64,000 nt of DNA from a candidate division Kazan bacterium RIFCSPLOWO2_01_FULL_48_13 (GTDB lineage: Bacteria; Patescibacteriota; Kazan-3B-28; UBA10110): NCBI GenBank assembly GCA_001771275.1, contig METE01000001.1, positions 55,158 through 119,157 of the forward strand. The letters are read 5' to 3'. Under the pieces are notes generated by a model. That model saw only the letters and a list, made by a program, of their open reading frames with translations. It was not told where the DNA came from and did not search any database. The position numbers and the translations under genes are program-made. Numbering within the stretch: the stretch's first letter is position 1; every line of letters starts with the position of its first letter. This document shows positions 48,065 through 56,946 of the stretch, one piece after another.

Positions 48065-49222
48065 ATGAGGTGGCTTTGGAAATTAATTACTGCCGAGTTA
48101 GAAGTAACCCTGGCCCTGTTAATGCTGTTGGGGAGCATGGTGGTGTTGTCTGGGGTTTATGCCAACACTGCAGATATAAATGTTTCCCTCACTGTTCTGG
48201 AAGAGACCGAAGAGGAGAATGGCGACGGAGGGAGTGGGAGTGGTGGTAGTGGCGGGAGTGGAATCTCGTTACCAATCCCATCAACATCCACATCGCCCGT
48301 ACTAACTATGCCGTTACCGGAAAAACCCAAACCGCCAGAGGAGTTTAAATTGGTAGATTATGTGCCCAAAGTGATACCTGTACATCGCGATGCGCTAATC
48401 GTGCTGTACGGCTATGGTTTCCCATCAGATTTTAAAATCGTGATAAAGGCCAAAGATGCGATGTTGGTAGCGGACAGCGCTATGGTGAATAAGAAAACTG
48501 CCATCATCGAGGGGGCTGTGCTCGAGGCCGTGCAGTATGTCATCCCAGCGAAAACATTATCGCCGGGCGAGGCAGTATTGGTGATTCAGGAAGCTAATCA
48601 AGTATTGACCCCACCATTGCGAATACTGGTGTACGATCCCGCCCAAGCAATAAAATTGCGGGCGCAGATCGCTCAACGAACGATCAACATAACCGTTGCC
48701 AGTGGTCAGTCTGCCAATGTCGCCGTTAAATTTAAAAATATCGGATTAACTGAATGGGACTATTTGCTTCAACCATTACATATTGGGACTGACCAACCTC
48801 GTGACCGGCAATCCCGATTTGTTCATCAAGATTGGCCTTATAATAATCGGGTGGCGAAAATAAGTTTGCCAACGAATATAAATACTGGGGAATCATTTGA
48901 TGCCATTTTTTCCATACAAGCTCCAGTGGTAAAACGAACCACCCGATATACCGAGAATTTCGCGCTGGTGGCAGAGGGTATCGCTTGGATCTCAGGTTCT
49001 AATTTCACTGTCCGCATCACCGTTACCGCACCAGTGGCAATAAAGACGGTTAGATCGATTATCAAAACGACTCCCCCGGCGCCGGCCATCAAAAAGCCCG
49101 CCGCCCCCTATAAGACCCCCGGCGCCATACCAACAACTGGTGGTCAAAGTGGTGTCTGGTTGAACGGAATAAAATCATTCTTTACGCGGCTGTTCAGCTT
49201 TCTTATTATCACGCCTCGGTAG
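48065..49222 (+). CDS. Secreted/surface protein with Gly-Ser linker (hypothetical)
   Basis: N-terminal TM, GDGGSGSGGSGGSG linker, beta-rich body, hydrophobic C-terminal tail. Confidence 0.4.
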   Translation: MRWLWKLITAELEVTLALLMLLGSMVVLSGVYANTADINVSLTVLEETEEENGDGGSGSGGSGGSGISLPIPSTSTSPVLTMPLPEKPKPPEEFKLVDYVPKVIPVHRDALIVLYGYGFPSDFKIVIKAKDAMLVADSAMVNKKTAIIEGAVLEAVQYVIPAKTLSPGEAVLVIQEANQVLTPPLRILVYDPAQAIKLRAQIAQRTINITVASGQSANVAVKFKNIGLTEWDYLLQPLHIGTDQPRDRQSRFVHQDWPYNNRVAKISLPTNINTGESFDAIFSIQAPVVKRTTRYTENFALVAEGIAWISGSNFTVRITVTAPVAIKTVRSIIKTTPPAPAIKKPAAPYKTPGAIPTTGGQSGVWLNGIKSFFTRLFSFLIITPR

Positions 49223-49277
49223 TAAATAATTATTGGGTAGATAGACCCGCCGGGGTCGGATTTGTTACAGTAGGGAT

Positions 49278-50804
49278 GTGCCTGTTACAACTTTAGCTAA
49301 GATCAAAAGCGCGGCCTCACTGGGGTTGGAGCCGATCCTGATCGATGTTGAGGTAGATATCAGCAATGGTCTGCCGAATTTTTTAATAGTTGGCTTGCCG
49401 GACAAGGCGGTGGATGAGGCGCGCGAACGAGTGCGGGCCGCCATTAAAAACAGCAATGTCCAGTTCCCTACCCGTCGGATCACGGTTAATTTAGCGCCGG
49501 CGGACATCCGCAAAGAAGGCCCGGCTTACGACTTGCCGATTGCAATCGGATTACTTTTAGCCGGTGAACAGATCTACCCACCAGAAAACAGTCTGTTTTT
49601 AGGCGAACTGGCGCTAAATGGTGAGGTCCGCCCAATTAGTGGCGCAATTTTATTTGCCTCTTTGGCACAAAATCGAGGCGTAAAAACTTTATATGTACCA
49701 GCCGCCAACGCGGCTGAGGCAGCGTTAATATCCGGCATAGAAGTAATCCCGGTAGATAATTTAATCAATTTAATTGCACATTTACGGCGAGAAAAGATTA
49801 TCCCTGCCCTGCCCCCTACCCCCATCGATCCGCAAGCCGCGTTGTTTATCAATAGCGCGTTCGATCTAAAATATGTCGCTGGCCAAGAACACGCCAAAAG
49901 AGCATTGGAGATCGCGGCGGCTGGGCGACATAATATTTTAATGAGCGGCCCACCGGGTAGCGGAAAAACTATGTTGGCCAAAGGCTTAATTACGATTCTG
50001 CCACCACTCAGTGTTAACGAAGCGTTAGAAGTAACTAAAATCCATAGCATCAGCGGTTTAATGGACCCCGGTCAGCCATTAGTATGGCAGCGGCCATTTA
50101 GAAGTCCGCATCACACCGCCTCGGCTGTCGCGATTACTGGTGGCGGTAACTGGCCCAAACCTGGCGAGATCTCGCTCGCCAATCAGGGCGTATTATTTTT
50201 AGATGAACTGCCGGAGTTCCCGAGGAGCGTATTAGATGCCCTAAGACAACCTCTCGAAGATAGAGTAGTCTATATTTCCAGAGCGGCGATGACCACCAGC
50301 TTCCCAGCTAATTTTATGTTGGTAGCCGCCCAAAATCCTTGCCCCTGCGGTTTCTTTGGCGATCCACAAAAACCTTGTAAATGCAGCGCTGGACAAATTT
50401 TAGGTTATCAAAAAAGAGTATCGGGACCATTGTTGGATAGAATTGACTTACATATTAATGTCCCAAGAATTTCTTACGAAAAATTGACCGGCGCGGCTGA
50501 ATCAGAGAATTCAGCGGATATTCGTGCTCGGGTGATGGCCGCTTGGAGTATTCAACAACAAAGATTTTCCGGAACAAAAACCACCAGCAGCTCCGAGATG
50601 AATACTGAACAGACTAAACAATACTGCCAGCTTAGTGAAGATAGCCATCGCCTAATGCAAGCAGCTGTTGATCGAATGAATCTCTCTGGCCGCGGAGTTA
50701 ACCGCACGCTCAAAGTGGCGCGCACCATCGCTGACCTCGCCAAATCGCCGCAAATTACCGCAACCCACATCGCAGAAGCCCTCAGTTACCGCCTCCAAAA
50801 TTAA
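49278..50804 (+). CDS. comM: YifB/ComM-family Mg-chelatase-like AAA+ ATPase
   Basis: Lon-protease-like N-terminal domain; Walker A GPPGSGKTMLAKG; Walker B VLFLDELPEF; Mg-chelatase C-terminal domain. Confidence 0.85.
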   Translation: MPVTTLAKIKSAASLGLEPILIDVEVDISNGLPNFLIVGLPDKAVDEARERVRAAIKNSNVQFPTRRITVNLAPADIRKEGPAYDLPIAIGLLLAGEQIYPPENSLFLGELALNGEVRPISGAILFASLAQNRGVKTLYVPAANAAEAALISGIEVIPVDNLINLIAHLRREKIIPALPPTPIDPQAALFINSAFDLKYVAGQEHAKRALEIAAAGRHNILMSGPPGSGKTMLAKGLITILPPLSVNEALEVTKIHSISGLMDPGQPLVWQRPFRSPHHTASAVAITGGGNWPKPGEISLANQGVLFLDELPEFPRSVLDALRQPLEDRVVYISRAAMTTSFPANFMLVAAQNPCPCGFFGDPQKPCKCSAGQILGYQKRVSGPLLDRIDLHINVPRISYEKLTGAAESENSADIRARVMAAWSIQQQRFSGTKTTSSSEMNTEQTKQYCQLSEDSHRLMQAAVDRMNLSGRGVNRTLKVARTIADLAKSPQITATHIAEALSYRLQN

Positions 50805-50829
50805 CCCCTGCCTCATCTCTCACTTCTCC

Positions 50830-50960
50830 ATTGTCATCCTCAACCGAAGCGAAGCATACCACACATTGTCATCCTGAAAACACCTTACTGCCGTAGGCTA
50901 ATATAAATAACTTATTCAGGATCCAGGCCTGGATTCCGGATCAAGTCCGGAATGACAGAA
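50830..50960. repeat. Mosaic palindromic repeat cluster
   Basis: GTCATCCTCAACC...GTCATCCTGAAAACACCTTACTGCCGTAGGC...ATAACTTATTCAGGATCCAGGCCTGGATTCCGGATCAAGTCCGGAATGACAG. Confidence 0.7.
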
Positions 50961-50969
50961 TGGGTAGGC

Positions 50970-51263
50970 CTAAAATATCTTGCCAACCATACGAGCCAAC
51001 ACCGCGCCAAAGGCGGTGGTTTCGGCTAACAAGTTCAGACCGATCAAAGCGGCTATCATCACCACGATTAAGCCAAGCAATACTAGCAGATCACGCTTAA
51101 CATAGCCATGATGATGCGATACTGTCGCCGTTTGACCATGCGCGACAGCGGGCCGATTAACCACCGACTGCGATACGCCAATGGGCTGACTGGTGTTAGC
51201 AGACTGATACAGGTTCTGCAATCTTTGTAGTTCCCGTGCGGCTTTTTTCGCTTTCTTATTCAT
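50970..51263 (-). CDS. Small hypothetical protein with C-terminal TM helix
   Basis: 97 aa; the start codon directly abuts the ...TCTAACGGG leader element (see 51260-51345). Confidence 0.4.
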   Translation of the reverse strand: MNKKAKKAARELQRLQNLYQSANTSQPIGVSQSVVNRPAVAHGQTATVSHHHGYVKRDLLVLLGLIVVMIAALIGLNLLAETTAFGAVLARMVGKIF

Positions 51264-51345
51264 CCCGTTAGAAATCTGCTTAGCGTATATGTTTGGCTAT
51301 TGGCCTATTTCGAACGTCCCGATAAGTGATTTCTAACGGGACGAG
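51260..51345 (-). promoter_or_regulatory. Copy of the ~85-nt CCCGTTAGAAATC...GATTTCTAACGGG leader element abutting the start codon of 50970..51263
   Basis: Minus strand reads CCCGTTAGAAATCACTTATCGGGACG...AACATATACGCTAAGCAGATTTCTAACGGG|ATGAATAAG; it is the same unit as the tandem pair upstream of thrS. Confidence 0.6.
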
Positions 51346-51382
51346 TACTTCGATTATACCACACCCCGTAATGCGTCGGCGG

Positions 51383-51670
51383 TCACAGTTCGATCCTGAT
51401 GGCTCTACCTCGGACAATCGCCTCCGCTAATTTGGTTTGGGCCGACCGGAGCGTGCGATGAAAGGTGCTTTGGGATACCCTCATCCGACGGGCAGCTTTA
51501 GTTTGGGGTAGTTTTAATAGATATTTTAATCTTAACGCTTCGCTCTCAGCCAAAGTAAGGGCGACTGAATCCAGATTCCTCAATGGTACCCCAGCCGGCT
51601 TAAAATAAACCGACCGAGGCAAAAAACCAATTTTTCTATTTTTTCTTTCGATCATTTTAGCAGAACTCAC
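51383..51670 (-). CDS. DUF134 (UPF0251) family putative DNA-binding protein
   Basis: KIGFLPRSVYFKPAGVP...LTLAESEALRLKYLLKLPQTKAARRMRVSQSTFHRTLRSAQTKLAEAIVRGRAIRI (sigma-70 region-4-like HTH). Confidence 0.55.
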   Translation of the reverse strand: MSSAKMIERKNRKIGFLPRSVYFKPAGVPLRNLDSVALTLAESEALRLKYLLKLPQTKAARRMRVSQSTFHRTLRSAQTKLAEAIVRGRAIRIEL

Positions 51671-51860
51671 CCTTCATCATCGTACCGCACTTTGGGCAAG
51701 TAATCTGTGAACATGGCACTCCCCGTTGAATATGCGGCTCCTGGTTTCCACATTTGGGACAGGTACAGGTACCTGATCCAAGTGGACGTCTTTGGCCTCG
51801 ACCTACCCCCCAGCCTACACCTCGGCCACCCCCCATCACCCCACCATCACGATTAGGCAT
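51657..51860 (-). CDS. Small Gly/Arg-rich double-CxxC protein (DUF5320-like), start overlapping the DUF134 gene end
   Basis: GGGRGVGWGVGRGQRRPLGSGTCTCPKCGNQEPHIQRGVPCSQITCPKCGTMM. Confidence 0.4.
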   Translation of the reverse strand: MPNRDGGVMGGGRGVGWGVGRGQRRPLGSGTCTCPKCGNQEPHIQRGVPCSQITCPKCGTMMKGEFC

Positions 51861-52137
51861 ATTGCCTCCCTTAATTTAACGATATCACTATGAATATATA
51901 TTCATAAGCAATTCCTGTCAACCTCGCCATCAGAGGAGAGGGCACTATTTACGCCCCGTGGAGATAGTTGCCCCCATCACCCATGGAGCCAATTATGTCA
52001 GCCAATAGCAAAACCGCCGTTTGGCGCGGCTGTTGTTTGAGCCCCGAGATATAGGTATCGGGGCGAGTTCAGCCAATTGCGCCAAGTAAGGCAGGTTTTG
52101 GTGTTTGGGTAATAATTGGCGATTGGGGTGTCTTTTG

Positions 52138-52295
52138 GGGCGCCACCCCGTCCGTCAGCCGACGGATGGGGTGGCAAAAAGAATATTAGGTTAAGATCCT
52201 GAAACAAGTTCAGAATGACAGTATTGGGTAAGATTCTGGACCCCAGTAGTAGAGCAAAGCTCACTACGGGGCGCGGCAAGCCAGAATGACGAAAA
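52138..52295. repeat. Palindromic repeat modules
   Basis: CCCGTCCGTCAGCCGACGGATGGG hairpin; CAGAATGACAG; GATTCTGG...CCAGAATGACG. Confidence 0.6.
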
Positions 52296-52333
52296 GAGGT
52301 TCACGCTGGTGGGGAGGGTTGCGATACTCTCCC

Positions 52334-52367
52334 ATAGAAAAAACCGCCCTTTGAGGGGCGGTTTTCC
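52334..52367 (-). terminator. Rho-independent terminator after 5S rRNA
   Basis: Minus strand reads GAAAACCGCCCCTCAAAGGGCGGTTTTTTCTAT, a GC-rich hairpin followed by T6. Confidence 0.7.
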
Positions 52368-52373
52368 CAAAAT

Positions 52374-52484
52374 TTGGCAACGACCTACTTTCACAACCCG
52401 AAAGTTACTATCATCGGCGCTGAAGGGCTTAACTGCTGTGTTCGAGATGGGAACAGGTGTGGCCCCTTCGCGAGAGTCACCAAG
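52374..52484 (-). rRNA. rrf: 5S rRNA
   Basis: The minus strand aligns to bacterial 5S (ACTATCATCGGCGCTGAAGGGCTTAACTGCTGTGTTCGAGATGGGAACAGGTG as the reverse complement of the conserved core). Terminal helix I is TTGGTGAC/GTCGTTGCCAA. Confidence 0.75.
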
Positions 52485-52572
52485 TTCTACTTCTCTGGGG
52501 GAAGAGAAGCAGAACTCGATTACCCTCGTAAGATCCCGGGTAAACCGGGATGCCGCGGCAAGGTAAACCGCG

Positions 52573-52878
52573 TCACTTCTTGTCTAATAGCTCGCGCAGT
52601 TTTTTGAGGTTCTCCTCCATCGAGAGGAAGACCTGCAACAGTTCGGCCGCCGCAAAAAATACAATGCCGTAAAGTACGCCGCCAATCAAAACGACCAGCG
52701 CGGACATCCACGCCGAATCATACGGCGAGGCCATGCCAACCTGGGAGATAACACCGGGGAACGCCAGCCAAATAATGGCTATAAGCAGTCCACCCAATAC
52801 ACTCACCCAAGCGAGTACCCAGAGCAACAGTATGGTAGTCTTCAGCATTTTAAATCTGCTGTTTGTATTCTTTTTCAC
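52573..52878 (-). CDS. Small two-TM membrane protein encoded in the 23S-5S spacer
   Basis: 101-aa ORF with two clear hydrophobic helices and a charged C-terminal tail (EENLKKLRELLDKK); same strand as the rRNAs. Confidence 0.4.
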   Translation of the reverse strand: MKKNTNSRFKMLKTTILLLWVLAWVSVLGGLLIAIIWLAFPGVISQVGMASPYDSAWMSALVVLIGGVLYGIVFFAAAELLQVFLSMEENLKKLRELLDKK

Positions 52879-53119
52879 CCCGTAGAAGAATTTAGAAATT
52901 ATATTCTCTTCTTGTCTTGGGCATTATCGTTTAAAAACTGCCCCATCAATAGTTGTCACAGTTATGCTTATCCGCGGAGAATATAGCTTTCGCCAAAGGC
53001 GTTCTAAATTTCTCTACGGGGCATGACACTCTTAGTTTACCACAAAAAATAACTCCAGATTCCCGCCGGAGTTTATCCCGACTAGTCGGGGCGGGAATGA
53101 CGGGTGGGAAAGAAATGTG

Positions 53120-53161
53120 CGTTTCTTATGATCGCCGATTAAGAGACAAGCTCTTAAGAGT
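53120..53161 (-). other. 3' strand of 23S processing stem (pairs with 59991-60031)
   Basis: The reverse complement of 53120-53159 is TCTTAAGAGCTTGTCTCTTAATCGGCGATCATAAGAAACG. This nearly equals the plus-strand TCTCAAGAGCTTAGTCTTAATCGGCGATCACAAGAAACG at 59993-60031, making a ~39-bp inverted repeat that brackets the mature 23S. Confidence 0.7.
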
Positions 53162-53487
53162 AGAGTCAAGTGATCGGATTATTAGTACAACTCGGCTGAA
53201 TCCCTTACGGGACTTACACCTGTTGCCTATCAACCAAGTAGTCTACTTGGATCCTTATCCCGCCAATTTAAGGTTCGTATGGCATACCGTCAGCCAAAAT
53301 AGCAATGAGCTAAATTAGATGGAGTAAATCACACACCAGCCCTAAATTGGCGGGAGGGAAATTTATCTTGAGGTTGGCTTCACACTTAGATGCTTTCAGC
53401 GTTTATCCAATCCGAACATAGCTACCCAGCACTGCCCTTGGTAGAACAACTGGTATACCAGCGGTCCGTTCGCTTCGGTCCTCTCGT

Positions 53488-54292
53488 CACTTATTCCCCT
53501 ATCACTAGGAGCGTAGACTATATCTTCACCCATTCTGCTTTTGCAACAGAATTAGGGTGGCGGCGTATTACCTATATGTATCTGTCTGCTAAAATCAGCG
53601 GACTTTCCAATGACATATAAGTCCGTTCTGGTGTTTTTGAACAACAGAACAAGTCGTTACGGGGTCAAACCTAAAACTTTGTATAACTCCACTTTAGTCT
53701 TCTTTTTCTTAGTGACATAATTTTCACCCTGAATCACCAAGATCAGATCGATTAAAGTTTTTAGAGTCTTACTCTCCAGCATATTTTTGGCATTGTCAGA
53801 CAAGATTTCGGCTGCCGTATGTAACGCAACAGCTTGAATCTTTTTAAATCGGATAAATGGCAACAGACTCCCGAGAATATCTCGAACCTGTTGATACCCA
53901 TTGATACGAAGCTCGGTCATGCCATCGTTCCTCGTGGAATGATAGCCTATGCCCAAAACTTCGCGAATCCAATGCAGAGCCTTTGCATGGCGTGTGTCCT
54001 GATAGAAACAGATGGTGGTCATAAAACGAATTTTTGATCTTCCATCTTTACGCTTCTTGATTTGAAGCATCAGACTTCCATCTCCATCAAGGAAACCCGC
54101 TATGTACGCTAGATCCGTTTTAGATCGACTTCCCACGGTATTGTCTTATTTCGTTCTGGTCCTCAAGTGAATTGTACCATAATCGCAAGAACCGTTAGCA
54201 ATTATGGCTATCAACGGATACAGAGCTGATAAGATTCCACCGTTATTAGCCGCATTGTCATCGTAGATTACTCTACGAAGTAGCAATTCTTT
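53488..54292 (-). mobile_element. Group I intron 1 in 23S, inserted between ...GCTTCTAGT and ACGAGAGGACCG (immediately 5' of the sarcin-ricin loop core); encodes LAGLIDADG endonuclease
   Basis: The 5' exon ends in U and the intron ends in G (…AATAAGTG|ACGAGAGG). The intron contains the R/S-like core elements (rc of CAAGTCGTTACGGGG and AGACTATATCTTC) and ORF 53657..54136. Confidence 0.65.
53657..54136 (-). CDS. LAGLIDADG homing endonuclease (intron 1)
   Basis: [18 protein letters not shown] (LAGLIDADG motif); 159 aa. Confidence 0.8.
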   Translation of the reverse strand: MGSRSKTDLAYIAGFLDGDGSLMLQIKKRKDGRSKIRFMTTICFYQDTRHAKALHWIREVLGIGYHSTRNDGMTELRINGYQQVRDILGSLLPFIRFKKIQAVALHTAAEILSDNAKNMLESKTLKTLIDLILVIQGENYVTKKKKTKVELYKVLGLTP

Positions 54293-54355
54293 ACTAGAAG
54301 CGACTCCCCTCAAATTTCCTACGTCAACAGCAGATAGAGACCGAACTGTCTCACG

Positions 54356-55099
54356 CATGATCTTCCACTATTACTAATGGCATAGACTATATCTTCTTCC
54401 TTTTAGCCCACCGGCTAAGGAGGAGTTGGCGTGTGATAATCGACATAACAACTATCGACTATCTCATCGATCCACTGGCCTTCAGCGAATCGAATCAGTC
54501 GTTACGGGGAAAGAGATTATGTTCTTGCAGAAATTGTTTAACCGTTGCTCGCGTGGTCGTGCGTTTCTTGGAGTAATTGTACGCTGCGGTTTCATCCACC
54601 AGAGCCGCTCTTTTGAGCAACTCGGTGGGAGAGATTCTTTTGGGTGAAGACTTAATTCCCATTACACATAGGTTGATAACTTTTTGCGCAATGGTCTTTT
54701 TTAGCCGCAGATATGGTAACAATTTGGTTAAAACTTCGTAGACCGACTGATACCCCACAATGGTGTATTCAGCCATATGATCATTACGAACACGAACATA
54801 TCCATACTTCAGTTGGCCCTTGAGCCATTCGAGAAAATATTTTTTGCTTTCTTTTTGATAGAAAACAACACTCACTCGAATCTGATAGCCATGAACATAT
54901 CCACTCCGTTTAACCAGTTGCGCCATAATGCAACCGTCTCCGTCTAAGAATCCCGCAATGTAGGCAAATAACTTTTCTGCCATAACCTCGATCTTCCCTC
55001 GGGGTTGCCCTCTCTTCGTTCGGTATAAAAGAGTAGGGGTTCTCCGATATAAGCCAAATTTATTGTATCGCATTTCTGCGATAGAACGCAATGTAACTT
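54356..55099 (-). mobile_element. Group I intron 2 in 23S at the GGGTTCAGAACGT|CGTGAGACAG site (E. coli about 2593); encodes LAGLIDADG endonuclease
   Basis: Exon junction read directly; the intron ends in G. S-like element (rc of AGACTATATCTTC at 54385) and R-like element (rc of CAGTCGTTACGGGG). Confidence 0.7.
54495..55091 (-). CDS. LAGLIDADG homing endonuclease (intron 2)
   Basis: [18 protein letters not shown]. The ORF-track start at 55091 is a TTG codon; ATG alternatives are MRYNKF (55073) or MAEKLF (54983). Confidence 0.75.
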   Translation of the reverse strand: MRSIAEMRYNKFGLYRRTPTLLYRTKRGQPRGKIEVMAEKLFAYIAGFLDGDGCIMAQLVKRSGYVHGYQIRVSVVFYQKESKKYFLEWLKGQLKYGYVRVRNDHMAEYTIVGYQSVYEVLTKLLPYLRLKKTIAQKVINLCVMGIKSSPKRISPTELLKRAALVDETAAYNYSKKRTTTRATVKQFLQEHNLFPRND

Positions 55100-55132
<33 letters not shown>

Positions 55133-55182
55133 TGGCGAACAGCCAAACCCTTCCCACCTGCTTCAGCGGGAGGATGCGACGG

Positions 55183-56078
55183 GCCGACATCGTATGATGA
55201 TGTTCCATTATTACTAATGGCACAGACTATATCTTCACCCTGCGCCCGGATGTGGGTCTTTAGACCTACCATCCTTGGGTTGGTATAGCAGGGGCTGGCG
55301 TATTACCCTTTCATAAATGAAAGAGTTTCCCTTTTCAGGTCAGTCGTTACGGGGTCATACATAGCTTATATCGGAAGCATGGGAGAATGTGCGGCTTAAT
55401 AATTTCCAACATCGTTTTAGTACTGTCTGTACTAACACGAATTCTCCAATACTTCTTATCTCGATTGAGCAAACTTTTTATCCTGAATGTTCTCCACAAT
55501 ATTGTCTGTAAGAGCTGCTGCTCTGCCATACTAAATTGTTGAGTGTTGAGATAAAAAGCCGAACGGATCTTGGAGCCATCATCCATAAACCATACGGCTA
55601 AAGACAATGGATCAAGTTCGAGATTAGACGGCACACTTTTCTTCCCTGACCCATAGAACCAATTATAGTAACTGGTAATGGTAGGAATACTTTGTGTGGT
55701 AAACCGATACGCAACACGGCTCCCGTTACCTGGACGGGTTTTGGGCGGGGTTAGAACATACAATCGAAAATGCTGCCATTTCCAATCCACATATTCTCGA
55801 TACTTAAACGAATGATTCACTTCCAATAGAGCATCTATGCGCGTGCCCTGCCGGCGTAATGTCCCATCGCCAAGCAAAGTCCCAACCAAAATTGCGTGTT
55901 GAGCTGATGATAGACTTCCCACGGTATTGCCCCCGTTCATATTATCCAATCCTGGACAAGGCCAGGATGATGATGTAAAGAATACACCATTATTTTACCA
56001 CTTGATGAACGGTTGGGTTCCACCGTTATAAGCCAAATTTTTGGTACAGAATCACTTCTGTAGCACCCCAATGTCTTA
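55183..56078 (-). mobile_element. Group I intron 3 in 23S within GTTTGGCACCT|CGATGTCGG (E. coli about 2500); encodes LAGLIDADG endonuclease
   Basis: Exon blocks GTTTGGCACCT (56079-56089) and CGATGTCGGCC (55174-55182) are separated by about 0.9 kb. S-like element (rc of AGACTATATCTTCACCC at 55228). Exact junction uncertain by 1-2 nt. Confidence 0.6.
55347..55949 (-). CDS. LAGLIDADG homing endonuclease (intron 3)
   Basis: HAILVGTLLGDGTLRRQG (LAGLIDADG-type motif); 200 aa. Confidence 0.65.
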   Translation of the reverse strand: MDNMNGGNTVGSLSSAQHAILVGTLLGDGTLRRQGTRIDALLEVNHSFKYREYVDWKWQHFRLYVLTPPKTRPGNGSRVAYRFTTQSIPTITSYYNWFYGSGKKSVPSNLELDPLSLAVWFMDDGSKIRSAFYLNTQQFSMAEQQLLQTILWRTFRIKSLLNRDKKYWRIRVSTDSTKTMLEIIKPHILPCFRYKLCMTP

Positions 56079-56626
56079 AGGTGCCAAACCGGGTCGTCGA
56101 TGTGGACTCTTGGACCCGATAAGCCTGTTATCCCCGGGGTAACTTTTATCTGTTGAGCTTCGGCGCACCCATGTGCAACCGTCGGATCACTATATCCTGC
56201 TTTCGCATCTGCTTGACTTATAGGTCTCGCAGTTAAGCTCCCATATACTATTGCGCTATCACACCGGTTTCCATTCGGTGCTAGGGAACCTTTGAACGCC
56301 TCCGTTACTCTTTGGGAGGCAACCGCCCCAGTTAAACTACCCATCAAACACTGTCCCCATACCAGGTAATGGCACAGGTTAGAATCAAGCGAGAGTAAGG
56401 GTGGTATTTCAACGGTGACTCCACCTCGACTAGCGTCGAGGCTTCTAAGTCTCCCACCTATCCTACACACACAAACACTTAATCCAATATCAGATTGTAG
56501 TAAAGCTCCACGGGGTCTTTTTGTCTTGCTGCTGATATCCGGCATCTTCACCGGCAATGTAGTTTCACCGAGTCCCTCGTTGAGACAGTCTTCAGACCGT
56601 TCCGCTATTCGTGCGGGTCGGAACTT

Positions 56627-56928
56627 CACGAACAAAATTATTTTGTGAGTGAACCCCGCACTTTATGCATTGCATGATAGTGCGCGGGTTACCACTAATT
56701 TCGTCATCTCAATTTTTCAATTGGGCGTGGACTATATCTTCCCCGAATGTTCTTCAATACATCGGAGGATGGCGTGTAGTCTCTACGGGGTCAAACCCAA
56801 AACCTGAATATAGTGAAGATTGTTTGGTTTGGGTCGACTTCCCACGGTATCACCATACTGCCCCACACGGACAGGTTAGGCTCCACCGTTACAGCCATCA
56901 GTTTAACGTCGGGCTTGTTTCTCGACTC
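56627..56928 (-). mobile_element. ORF-less group I intron 4 in 23S at CCTTGTCGGGT|AAGTTCCGACC (E. coli about 1931)
   Basis: 302 nt; begins GAGTCGAG and ends ...TGTTCGTG; contains GAAGATATAGTCC (S element) and CCCCGTAGAGACTACACGCC. Confidence 0.65.
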
Positions 56929-56946
56929 ACCCGACAAGGAATTTCG

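Noticed and set aside
53476-53511. Alternative reading: a 16-nt expansion (GATAGGGGAATAAGTG) inside the sarcin-ricin loop, with the nearby CTCCTAGT as exon
   Set aside because: The SRL is universally conserved, and a second copy of the exon-like GCTTCTAGT sits 0.8 kb away at the other end of an ORF-containing insert. Both facts make a group I intron with a coincidental internal CTCCTAGT far more plausible.
55937-56635. 232-aa ORF and several 60-100-aa ORFs on both strands between 56.0 and 59.9 kb
   Set aside because: They lie entirely within 23S rRNA exon and intron sequence that aligns to conserved rRNA blocks, so they are spurious translations of rRNA.
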